A stretch of DNA of 64,000 bases from Spirochaetia bacterium (GTDB lineage: Bacteria > Spirochaetota > Spirochaetia > WTKD01 > G963693115): positions 809,651 through 873,650 of the forward strand of contig OZ245332.1 of the NCBI GenBank assembly GCA_965226065.1. Direction: 5' to 3'. Every line of letters starts with the position of its first letter. Positions within the stretch are counted from its first letter, which is position 1. Of this stretch, positions 1 through 8,610 are shown piece by piece. The position numbers and the translations under genes were made by a program. Below the pieces are notes generated by a model. That model worked only from the letters and a program-made list of their open reading frames with translations, made no database searches and was not told where the DNA came from.

Positions 1-1362
1 TTCTGCAAGTCCGTCTGGTAACTGTTTTTCTTCGATTTTTGAAAAACTATACAGCGCAAGAAATCCGGGAAAACTAAGCGTAGAACCACTTGCCGTAAAC
101 ACATAATTTTGTATGTGAAATTCAACACTTGTCGTTGCTTTTACCGCGTGTGCCATTTGCGAGGCTATAGTTCTTTCCCATATCAATTTGTACAAGTGCG
201 CCTCACGCCCTGTTAATCCCGTATTAGCAGGCGCTACGAATTGTGTTCCTGTAGGACGAATAGCTTCGTGCGCTTCTTGTGCATTTTTACTTTTAGAAGA
301 AAAAATTCTCGGTTTTTCCGGGAGATATGCTGCATCAAAATGCGTGCTAATATATTCGCGAGACGCTTGTATTGCCTGCGCTGAGAGCATCGGTGAATCT
401 GTTCTCATATACGTTATAAAACCCTGTTCATATATTGTTTGTGCCACACGCATAGTCTCACGTGCAGAAAGGTGTAGTTTTCTATTTGCCTCTTGCTGCA
501 GCGTCGATGTGGTAAACGGTATAGGTGGTAAAACTTTTTGTGGATTTTTCTCTACTGAGCTAATGGTAAAAGCTTTTCCTTTTGTAGCATGTACGACTTT
601 TTCTGCCAATGCATGTGAAAGGTGCACTGCATTTTGTTTTGTAAGTACTCCAGTGTTATCAAAATCAGATCCTATCGCTATGCGTTGCCCTTCAATAGAA
701 ATGAGTTTTGCATTAAATTTTATATCAGAGTGCTCAAATAAAACACCGACACTGCTATAACGCACTTTCTTAAATATATACCGCTCACGTTCGCGCTCAA
801 CTAAAAGCCGCAAACCGGGTGACTGTACGCGTCCTGAAGAAAGCTTGTACGTTATTTTTTTCCACAACAAGCCTGAAACCTCATATCCAAATAACCTATC
901 AAGTATTCGCCGCGTCTCTTGTGCCTTTACTAAGTTATTATCAATATCTCGAAACGACTCAAGTGCCTGCAAAATAGCATCTTTAGTAATTTCATGAAAT
1001 ACCATGCGCTTTACAGGAATTGATGGTTTCACAAGCTGCGTGATGTGATATGCTATGCTTTCTCCTTCTCTGTCTTCGTCTGTGGCGAGAATAAGCGAAT
1101 CTGCAGTTTTCACTTTCTTTTTCATCTCATTTATCACTTTTCCTTTACCCTTGATAGTGATATACAACGGTGTAAAGTCATTTTCAACATCTATGCCCAA
1201 TCGAGACCATGGCAATACTTTGTATTTTTCTGGAATATCAGAAGCATTTTGTGGCAAATCTCGTACGTGTCCTATACTTGCAATAATTTCATATTCTTTT
1301 GGAAGAAACTTTGCGACTGTTTTCGCTTTTGTAGGCGACTCTACTATAACAATGTGACTCAT
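1..1362 (-). CDS. topA: DNA topoisomerase I, N-terminal part; 3' end lies outside the window
   Basis: Minus-strand reading from ATG (reverse complement of 1360-1362) gives MSHIVIVESPTKAKTVAKFLPKEYEIIASIGHVRDLP..., a Toprim start. Further in it gives ...LILATDEDREGESIAYHIT, the acidic Toprim motif. It is absent from the ORF track because its stop is outside the window. The plus-strand ORFs 188-760 and 1045-1377 are antisense artefacts. Confidence 0.8.
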   Translation of the reverse strand, partial: MSHIVIVESPTKAKTVAKFLPKEYEIIASIGHVRDLPQNASDIPEKYKVLPWSRLGIDVENDFTPLYITIKGKGKVINEMKKKVKTADSLILATDEDREGESIAYHITQLVKPSIPVKRMVFHEITKDAILQALESFRDIDNNLVKAQETRRILDRLFGYEVSGLLWKKITYKLSSGRVQSPGLRLLVERERERYIFKKVRYSSVGVLFEHSDIKFNAKLISIEGQRIAIGSDFDNTGVLTKQNAVHLSHALAEKVVHATKGKAFTISSVEKNPQKVLPPIPFTTSTLQQEANRKLHLSARETMRVAQTIYEQGFITYMRTDSPMLSAQAIQASREYISTHFDAAYLPEKPRIFSSKSKNAQEAHEAIRPTGTQFVAPANTGLTGREAHLYKLIWERTIASQMAHAVKATTSVEFHIQNYVFTASGSTLSFPGFLALYSFSKIEEKQLPDGLAE

Positions 1363-1556
1363 ACGCTTATTTTATAAAGTTATGCCTTAGCTTGTATAGG
1401 AATTATAAAATAATACACAATGAAATTTTCTTAATCTTTAAAGTTCTCATCAATTTGTATTGTATTTATAAAATTTCACATATGCATTGGCAAGTTTTTC
1501 GTAATATGAAGTTTTTTTCTTGACATTATTAGTCTCGGCTAACTATTATAAAAGCT

Positions 1557-2579
1557 ATGAAAAATTTTATATGGAAAATCGTAATAGTAGTGATCTTACT
1601 TTCTCTAAGTGTGAATATTTCGTATTCTTCTGGGTCAAATGCATCTGATAAAGAAAATATATCGTCCGATGGAAAGTTAAAAGAACTGACTTTGTATACT
1701 CCACCTGCAGGTGTTGGTGTCTTAATGGTAGATGTAGTAAACTCTCAAGCACTAAATAAATACGTCGAGAAACTAAACGTAGTTCGTTGGAACAATCCTG
1801 ACCAATTACGTGCAGGTATTATAAATGGTTCTATGAATATTACATTTTTGCCAAGCTATGTCGGAGCAAAGCTATATAACAAAGGCATTACATTCCAGCT
1901 TTTGAATATCGTAACAGGTGGGTTACTCTACGTAATTAGCCGCGATCCTTCTCTTAAAACCATTGATGATCTAAGAGGTAAGCGCATCGTTGTACCTTTT
2001 AAAAACGATATGCCTGACTTAGTATTGCGTTCTTTACTGACAAAAATAAGTATAAAGACAAGTAAGGATATTACCATTGAATACGTCGCTACTCCAGAAA
2101 TAGCGGCGAAAATGGCAATTGCAGGCAAGGCAGATACCGTGTTGTTACCAGAAGTAGCAGCAACCAAAGTTACACTTATGTCGAAAAAGGAACAAAACAT
2201 CCCGTTTCAATATGCCATTGATATTCAAAAAGAATGGGGTCGTCTTATGCAAACGAAAAACTATATACCGCAAGCAGGTGTTGCCGTCCGAAAATCTTTT
2301 GCCGAAAAAAATCCTAAACTTGTAAAAGCGTTACATAAAGCTTTACAAGAAGCTTCTACAAGACTCATGAAAAATGAAAAACACCTGAAAGCAATGGTGG
2401 AAAAACTATGGCCAAATCAAGGTGTGATTTTTACAAAATCTATTGGAAAATGGAACATGAATGTTCAAAGTAGCGTTGTAATAAGATCTGATTTAGAACA
2501 TTTTTTTAAAACCTTGAAAGCACTAAACCCATCTATCATTGGAGGTAAACTTCCCAACGATGGATTTTACTATCAATAA
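1557..2579 (+). CDS. ABC transporter periplasmic substrate-binding protein (NitT/TauT, NMT1/THI5-like family)
   Basis: N-terminal signal peptide MKNFIWKIVIVVILLSLSVNISYSS. Size is about 340 aa. It is followed by a permease and an ATPase of the same transporter class. Confidence 0.6.
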   Translation: MKNFIWKIVIVVILLSLSVNISYSSGSNASDKENISSDGKLKELTLYTPPAGVGVLMVDVVNSQALNKYVEKLNVVRWNNPDQLRAGIINGSMNITFLPSYVGAKLYNKGITFQLLNIVTGGLLYVISRDPSLKTIDDLRGKRIVVPFKNDMPDLVLRSLLTKISIKTSKDITIEYVATPEIAAKMAIAGKADTVLLPEVAATKVTLMSKKEQNIPFQYAIDIQKEWGRLMQTKNYIPQAGVAVRKSFAEKNPKLVKALHKALQEASTRLMKNEKHLKAMVEKLWPNQGVIFTKSIGKWNMNVQSSVVIRSDLEHFFKTLKALNPSIIGGKLPNDGFYYQ

Positions 2580-2628
2580 ACTGATGAATGTAGTGTAGCT
2601 TTCAAAAAATTCTGCAAAGGATACAATT

Positions 2629-3375
2629 GTGTACTCTCGTAAATATGCGGGAAAAGTTTTAGGAATTATTCTCCTTCTTAGTTTGTGGTCTTTAGGTAGT
2701 ACCCGTTATTCCAATTTAGTACTTCCATCGCCCTTAGAAACTCTACAGCGATTGTATGAAATTTTTTTTATGGAAAGCGGCTTGAAACAACTAGGCATTA
2801 CCATTGTGCGTGCTTTAGTGGGATTTGTGCTTTCTATAATAGGAGCTATGACATGTGGCATTATCGCAGGTATTGTACCCTTCTTACGTTACATGCTCTA
2901 TCCACTTGAACGTATTATGATTTCTGTACCACCCATAGCGTGGGTAGTTTTGACTATTTTGTGGTTTGGGGGTACAGGTATTGGTAGTGCTGTACTTACA
3001 ATTTTTATAGCATCTTTTTCTGTAATTTACATTTCTACTATACAGGGCGTAAAAACATTGGACACGCGTCTTCTAGACATGGGGCGCAGCTTTGGTATGT
3101 CGCATACAAAATCTGTATTAAAAATCGGCTTCATTCACATATTGTCGGTGACCTTCCCTGCCATAAGAGTGGCTTTTGGGCAAAGCTGGAAAGTAGGTGT
3201 CATGGCAGAAGTGCTCGGAGCTTCAAACGGCATAGGTGCAAAAATCGCCACAGCCCGCGCTCACTTAGAAACACCTGATGTCTTCGCATGGATAGCGGTC
3301 GCAGTTATTTTGTTTATAACAACTGATGAGTTATTCATTGCTCCAATAAATAAGTACACCATGAAATGGAGATGA
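2629..3375 (+). CDS. ABC transporter permease (binding-protein-dependent inner-membrane component, SsuC/TauC-like)
   Basis: Polytopic hydrophobic 248-aa protein lying between the SBP and ATPase genes. Confidence 0.65.
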   Translation: MYSRKYAGKVLGIILLLSLWSLGSTRYSNLVLPSPLETLQRLYEIFFMESGLKQLGITIVRALVGFVLSIIGAMTCGIIAGIVPFLRYMLYPLERIMISVPPIAWVVLTILWFGGTGIGSAVLTIFIASFSVIYISTIQGVKTLDTRLLDMGRSFGMSHTKSVLKIGFIHILSVTFPAIRVAFGQSWKVGVMAEVLGASNGIGAKIATARAHLETPDVFAWIAVAVILFITTDELFIAPINKYTMKWR

Positions 3376-3386
3376 GGATTTAACAC

Positions 3387-5099
3387 ATGATAGAGTGTAA
3401 AAACATTCATTTTTCTTATGGAAGTAATCGCGAGAAAATATTCTCAGAGCTTAATTTCTGTATTGAAACTGGGCAATTTGTTACCTTTATGGGATGCTCA
3501 GGATGTGGAAAAACCACTTTGCTTAACATTATGAATGGACTACTATCTCCTTATAAAGGACAAATAACAAACCTTGCAAAATCCTCTGTTACTCTTTTTC
3601 AAGATACACGTTTGATACCGTGGATGACCATTAGCAATAATGTGAAATTTGGAGCGCGAGAAAAAAACATTCTCATTTCAGATGAAGATGTGAACGAAAT
3701 GCTGCAAAGTGTTGGCATACCTACTCATATCAAAGACGCATACCCTAAAATTTTAAGTGGAGGCATGGAGCAAAGGGTGGCGTTTGCCCGAGCCTTGGCA
3801 TGTCAACCAGACATGCTTTTTATGGATGAACCTTTTTCTGCACTCGACATGATAACAAGAAAAGACTTAGCATATCGCGTCGCATGCTATGTCCAAGAAA
3901 AAAAGGCAACTGCTATTTTCGTGACACACGATGTAACAGAAGCTTGCTTTTTATCAGATATACTGTACGAAATGCGCGGTGTACCTGCAAAAATTAAAAA
4001 ATTAACAAGTATTTCAAAACCTACGCTACAAAGGAATGAGACTATGATACAAACTATTGTAAATACGGTGATGCACAAAAAACGCCAAAAAAATTCGGTA
4101 GAATTTGAACGAATGGCAACATGTAAAATGGGAGAAAATTTAGAAAAATTTATACAGTTCATGGAAGCGCGTATGTGGCGCATTATCCATGTGAAACAAA
4201 AAAGATGCCCATCTATAAAAAAAATACCCGATTGTATTGTTATAGATGGAAAACATCCCGATGCTCAAAAACTTATACGCATATACGAAAAGGAGCATAC
4301 GCGTTTTTTGTATCTTAATACAACACCAAAAGACATAAAAGTTTCTCGTATACCGTGTGAATTTGATGCGATAAAAAATTGGTGGGGCTGGGAAAACCTC
4401 TATGCCGATTTAATTGAAGGTGCGACTAAAAGCCGAGTACGACACATAACTATTGGACATAACTGGTCTTATGTCGAAACAGATAAAGGCGCAGGGCTAG
4501 GACGCACTCCGTGTCGTGGCACAGAAGGAGCGCGCACCATAGCAAACGCAGGTTCACTTGAGGGAAAAACTGTACGTGATTTAGCACAAGGCTTGCTCAG
4601 TGACGATGATCTCTTGCGCTCCCTTGCCATAGCGGCAATACAATGTGTCTATAACACCGCAGATAAGGGACGTACGGGCGAATCTCAATGGGGGTTTTCT
4701 TTGTTCAAGCATAGCGTAGGAAAGAAGGCATGCATTGGCTATTGTCCCTGCTCGCAACACATTATCCCCGATATGAAAATTATAGAAAGAGAACCTAAAG
4801 AAGGACATTATACCGTAGAAGAAGGAGAAACCTTGCTCCGCAGTGTCGATTCTCTTGTAGTGACGGCCCAAACTTTGATGAATGGTTCACTTCCTAGAAT
4901 TTTATTTTTAGCACAAGGTGCAGATATCATGCTCTACGGACCTACCTGTCCTTTATCTTCTGTATGGGATAAATACGGAATTCGTTACGCCTGTGGAGTA
5001 CGAGTTACAAATAAAACTGCCATGCGTCAATTTGTTTCTCAAGCAGGCACCATGTTAATGCAAGATAAAATGGCAGAAAAAATTACAATGGAGTTTTAA
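3387..5099 (+). CDS. ABC transporter ATP-binding protein with an extra ~340-aa C-terminal domain of unknown function
   Basis: Walker A GCSGCGKTT, ABC signature LSGGMEQRVAFARAL and Walker B LFMDEPFSALD lie in the first ~230 aa. The continuous ORF carries on for ~340 aa. That extension is Cys-containing and possibly a DUF4213/DUF364-like Rossmann domain, but this cannot be confirmed without an HMM search. Confidence 0.6.
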   Translation: MIECKNIHFSYGSNREKIFSELNFCIETGQFVTFMGCSGCGKTTLLNIMNGLLSPYKGQITNLAKSSVTLFQDTRLIPWMTISNNVKFGAREKNILISDEDVNEMLQSVGIPTHIKDAYPKILSGGMEQRVAFARALACQPDMLFMDEPFSALDMITRKDLAYRVACYVQEKKATAIFVTHDVTEACFLSDILYEMRGVPAKIKKLTSISKPTLQRNETMIQTIVNTVMHKKRQKNSVEFERMATCKMGENLEKFIQFMEARMWRIIHVKQKRCPSIKKIPDCIVIDGKHPDAQKLIRIYEKEHTRFLYLNTTPKDIKVSRIPCEFDAIKNWWGWENLYADLIEGATKSRVRHITIGHNWSYVETDKGAGLGRTPCRGTEGARTIANAGSLEGKTVRDLAQGLLSDDDLLRSLAIAAIQCVYNTADKGRTGESQWGFSLFKHSVGKKACIGYCPCSQHIIPDMKIIEREPKEGHYTVEEGETLLRSVDSLVVTAQTLMNGSLPRILFLAQGADIMLYGPTCPLSSVWDKYGIRYACGVRVTNKTAMRQFVSQAGTMLMQDKMAEKITMEF

Positions 5100-5118
5100 A
5101 TATGAGAGTGTTTCTTCT

Positions 5119-5424
5119 ATGCATGTAGCGAGAATTTTACCTAAAAACGCTAGTGTATACAAAACTGTAGGACCATGGAAAGGTGAGGTAATTCCCCATG
5201 AATTATTCTCACGGCACAATATTGATACAGGTTTCTGGGGAGAATTACACATCCTCTCTGGGAGCGTCCAATATATTTCGTACGACAGTGCAGAAAAGTT
5301 TCTTTTAGGCGCAGGCGATACTCACATCATCATTTCTCAAGAGTGGCATTATCTATCTGTGCCTGAGGGTTTTCAAAAATCGAACTTAGAAATACGCATT
5401 ACTTTTTACAAGGTATTTCCATAG
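5119..5424 (+). CDS. small hypothetical protein, 101 aa (possibly cupin/DUF1971-like)
   Basis: Clean ORF directly downstream of the ABC ATPase. No recognisable catalytic motif. Confidence 0.3.
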   Translation: MHVARILPKNASVYKTVGPWKGEVIPHELFSRHNIDTGFWGELHILSGSVQYISYDSAEKFLLGAGDTHIIISQEWHYLSVPEGFQKSNLEIRITFYKVFP

Positions 5425-5650
5425 TCTCATTCCTTTGAGGTTATTATTTACCAGCATGATAGCTTGCGTATCAATCTGTTTTTCACATCAGATTGATGGA
5501 GCAAAGAATACCTAGCGTTTTCTAGAACGCTTTCATCACCTCTCTATGTTTGGTATTCCTTAAGATGTTTTATACTTACATTAAGAGGTATTGTTACTCC
5601 ATTTTTTTAACTTACTTTTGGCACAGCATAAACAATACAGAAAAAAGATT

Positions 5651-6757
5651 ATGAATGTAAAATATCATTACAGTAAATTTCCACCAAAAATTGATGAAGA
5701 TAAACAATTAACATCACTAATATGTGAAGCGAGAACAGAGCTTGGAAAATATGAGGGGTTTTTATCTTCTATGGAAAATAACAAAGTCTTATTATCTCCT
5801 TTATTTACTCAAGAAGCTGTCTTGTCTTCAAGAATAGAAGGTACTCAATCAACCTTAACAGAAGTATTAGAATTTGAAGCTCATGAAGGAAAACAAAAAA
5901 TTTCAGAAGAAAAAAAAGAAGATATAAAAGAAATAGTAAACTATCGTCATGCTATGAAAAGAGCAGAAAAATTATTAGAAAAAAAACCATTACATCAGAA
6001 AATTTTATTAGAGGCACACAAAGCGCTCATGCAAGGGGTAAAAGGGAAAAATGAATCACCGGGACAATATAGAAAGATTCCCGTTTGGATTGGTCCTGAT
6101 AAAACCAATATAAAAAATGCTCGTTTTATACCTATAGAAGCACAACACATTTCAGATGCAATGTCTAACTTTGAAAAATATATTCATAACAATGAAGATT
6201 ATGATGATTTGATAAAGATAGCTATCTTACACGCAGAATTTGAAGCAATACATCCCTTCTTAGACGGAAATGGAAGGGTAGGAAGGCTCTTTATACCTTT
6301 GTATTTATGGTATAAAAAACTTCTTAGTAGTCCATCTTTTTATATAAGTACCTATTTTGAAAAAAATAAAGATACTTACTACGATTTGTTGCTAAATATT
6401 TCAAAGAAAAACGACTGGAAAACTTGGATTATATTTTTTGCGCAAGGTATAGTTGAGCAATCAAAAGATAACTTTACGAGAGCAAAAAAGATTGTAGATT
6501 TTTATAAAGAATTAAAAAGCAAAATCCCTACAATGAGCAAGTCTCCTTATGGAATTACCGCTTTAGATTTTATATTTCAAAATACCTATTTTAATACCGC
6601 TTCTTTTTATCAAGAATCAGGTGTTCCCAAAGCAATAGCAAAAAGACTTCTTAGTACTTTTGAAAAAGAGGATCTTTTACTTTGCATAAAAGGTCAAGGA
6701 AGAACCCCCAATTTTTATGTCTTTAAAAAACTTATTGATATTGCTGACGGAAAATAA
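5651..6757 (+). CDS. Fic family protein (Fido domain, likely AMPylator or toxin)
   Basis: Canonical Fic motif HPFLDGNGRVGRLF. Probable start is the internal ATG (MNVKYHY...) at 5651 rather than the track start at 5591. The gene is AT-rich relative to its neighbours. Confidence 0.8.
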   Translation: MNVKYHYSKFPPKIDEDKQLTSLICEARTELGKYEGFLSSMENNKVLLSPLFTQEAVLSSRIEGTQSTLTEVLEFEAHEGKQKISEEKKEDIKEIVNYRHAMKRAEKLLEKKPLHQKILLEAHKALMQGVKGKNESPGQYRKIPVWIGPDKTNIKNARFIPIEAQHISDAMSNFEKYIHNNEDYDDLIKIAILHAEFEAIHPFLDGNGRVGRLFIPLYLWYKKLLSSPSFYISTYFEKNKDTYYDLLLNISKKNDWKTWIIFFAQGIVEQSKDNFTRAKKIVDFYKELKSKIPTMSKSPYGITALDFIFQNTYFNTASFYQESGVPKAIAKRLLSTFEKEDLLLCIKGQGRTPNFYVFKKLIDIADGK

Positions 6758-6767
6758 CTAGTAGTCC

Positions 6768-7440
6768 ACTTTCGCACCACAAATAGTTTTGTAGCCCACT
6801 TTTGCACCACAAATAGTTTTGTAGCCCACTTTTGCACCACAAATAGTTTTGTAGCCCACTTTTGCACCACAAATAATTTTGTAGCCCACTTTCGCACCAC
6901 AAATAGTTTTGTAGCCCACTTTTGCACCACAAATAATTTTGTAGCCCACTTTCGCACCACAAATAATTTTGTAGCCCACTTTCGCACCACAAATAGTTTT
7001 GTAGCCCACTTTTGTACCACAAATAGTTTTGTAGCCCACTTTCGCACCACAAATAATTTTGTAGCCCACTTTTGCACCACAAATAATTTTGTAGCCCACT
7101 TTCGCACCACAAATAGTTTTGTAGCCCACTCTTGCACCACAAATAGTTTTGTAGCCCACTTTTGCACCACAAATAGTTTTGTAGCCCACTTTTGCACCAC
7201 AAATAGTTTTGTAGCCCACTTTTGCACCACAAATAATTTTGTAGCCCACTTTCGCACCACAAATAGTTTTGTAGCCCACTTTTGCACCACAAATAATTTT
7301 GTAGCCCACTTTCGCACCACAAATAGTTTTGTAGCCCACTTTTGCACCACAAATAGTTTTGTAACCCACTTTTGCACCACAAATAGTTTTGTAACCCACT
7401 TTTGCACCACAAATAGTTTTGTAGCCCACTTTTGTACTTA
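6768..7440. repeat. Tandem array of ~22 copies of a 30-bp unit (CCCACTTTTGCACCACAAATAGTTTTGTAG) with point variants
   Basis: The direct repeat is read straight from the sequence. Variants are TTTCGC/TTTTGC, ATAGTTT/ATAATTT and GTAGCCC/GTAACCC. Units abut with no unique spacers. Each unit contains a short inverted repeat, ACAAA-tagt-TTTGT. Confidence 0.9.
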
Positions 7441-7612
7441 CTCAACGTGAATGTTTCCCTAAGTTATTTATGAACTTTTATGTCTTTATATATTTTTCTA
7501 AATATATTACAAATTATTATCTCAAAAGATTATCAAATTATCACAAAATTAATTGATGTTAATTTTTATATATAGTAAAATTAAAGAAATTACAAAAAAT
7601 AAAGAGGTTTCC

Positions 7613-8323
7613 ATGTATTTATTTGAATTTATCGGTACTGCCGTTTTAGTGCTTTTAGGTTGTGGTGCAATTGCTAACAATCATTTACCAAAAACAGGGG
7701 GAAATAATACCGGTACTATGTTTATTAACACAGGCTGGGGCTTTGCAGTGTTTGTCGCAGTACTTATGACTGGCTGGAAAAGCGGTGCTCATATTAACCC
7801 TGCAGTTACTATTGCTGTTGCCGTCCGTGGTAGTTTCGATTGGAACTTAGTACCATTCTACATTCTTGCACAGTGTGCAGGTGCTTTCTTTGGTGCCTTT
7901 ATAGTGTGGTGTGCATATAAAAAGCACTACGACGAATCCGAGGACTCTGCAAAAATTTTAGGTACGTTTTCAACTGGTGCTAGTATTTGTAATGGTTTTT
8001 GGAACATTGTTACAGAAATCATCGCTACATTTGTGTTAGTCCTTGGTATTATATTATTTGGAGTAACAGAAAATGCCATGCCTCCATGGGCAGCTGCACT
8101 TACGGTAGGTTTTTTGGTATGGGCAATTGGCATATCTTTAGGTGGACCTACGGGCTATGCAATTAACCCCGCGCGCGACTTAGGACCACGCATGTTTCAC
8201 GCAGTAGCGTTCATTCCTAATAAAGGCAGTTCTAACTGGAAATATGGCTTAACTGTCCCCATCATTGGTCCAATTATTGGCGGAATTTTAGCAGCAATAA
8301 CAAGCACCGCACTAGGTGTGTAG
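7613..8323 (+). CDS. glpF: Glycerol uptake facilitator / aquaglyceroporin (MIP family)
   Basis: Two NPA boxes (HINPAVT and AINPARD) and six TM segments. Start taken at MYLFEFIGTAVLV (7613). Confidence 0.85.
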   Translation: MYLFEFIGTAVLVLLGCGAIANNHLPKTGGNNTGTMFINTGWGFAVFVAVLMTGWKSGAHINPAVTIAVAVRGSFDWNLVPFYILAQCAGAFFGAFIVWCAYKKHYDESEDSAKILGTFSTGASICNGFWNIVTEIIATFVLVLGIILFGVTENAMPPWAAALTVGFLVWAIGISLGGPTGYAINPARDLGPRMFHAVAFIPNKGSSNWKYGLTVPIIGPIIGGILAAITSTALGV

Positions 8324-8610
8324 CACTGAGTATAAGAGTAAGTAGTAAAACTATTACATACTTCCTCCAAGCGTTTAGTAATCCTCTTACTTTTATTCAC
8401 ACCTTTGAAGAGTAAGAGGATACAAAATATCCCTTGTGCGTATTTCAGAATATCAATAATCCGCGCCTTTAAGGAAGTGTGTTTCACTTCTAAGATATAA
8501 AAAACACCTATTGATACAGATTGTTTTAGTTGAGCACACGGGTGATGAATGCTAAAAAAGCACATGGATTATAATTATCGTTTCTCTATAGATTAGAGGC
8601 TATTGCGCGT

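Noticed and set aside
188-1377. Plus-strand ORFs 188-760, 1045-1377 and 1055-1357
   Set aside because: Cys-rich, low-complexity translations lying antisense to a clear topA reading frame on the minus strand.
6768-7440. Possible CRISPR array
   Set aside because: The 30-bp units are directly contiguous with no unique spacers, and no cas genes are nearby.
6715-7445. Three overlapping minus-strand ORFs (223-237 aa) of 10-aa repeats (VGYKTICGAK / KWATKLFVVQ / SGLQNYLWCK) spanning the 30-bp array
   Set aside because: All three frames are open only because the 30-bp unit happens to lack stops on that strand. There is no RBS or start context, one ORF runs antisense into the Fic 3' end, and the peptides are implausible. 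I treat the region as non-coding tandem repeat, but I flag the coding alternative in the finding.
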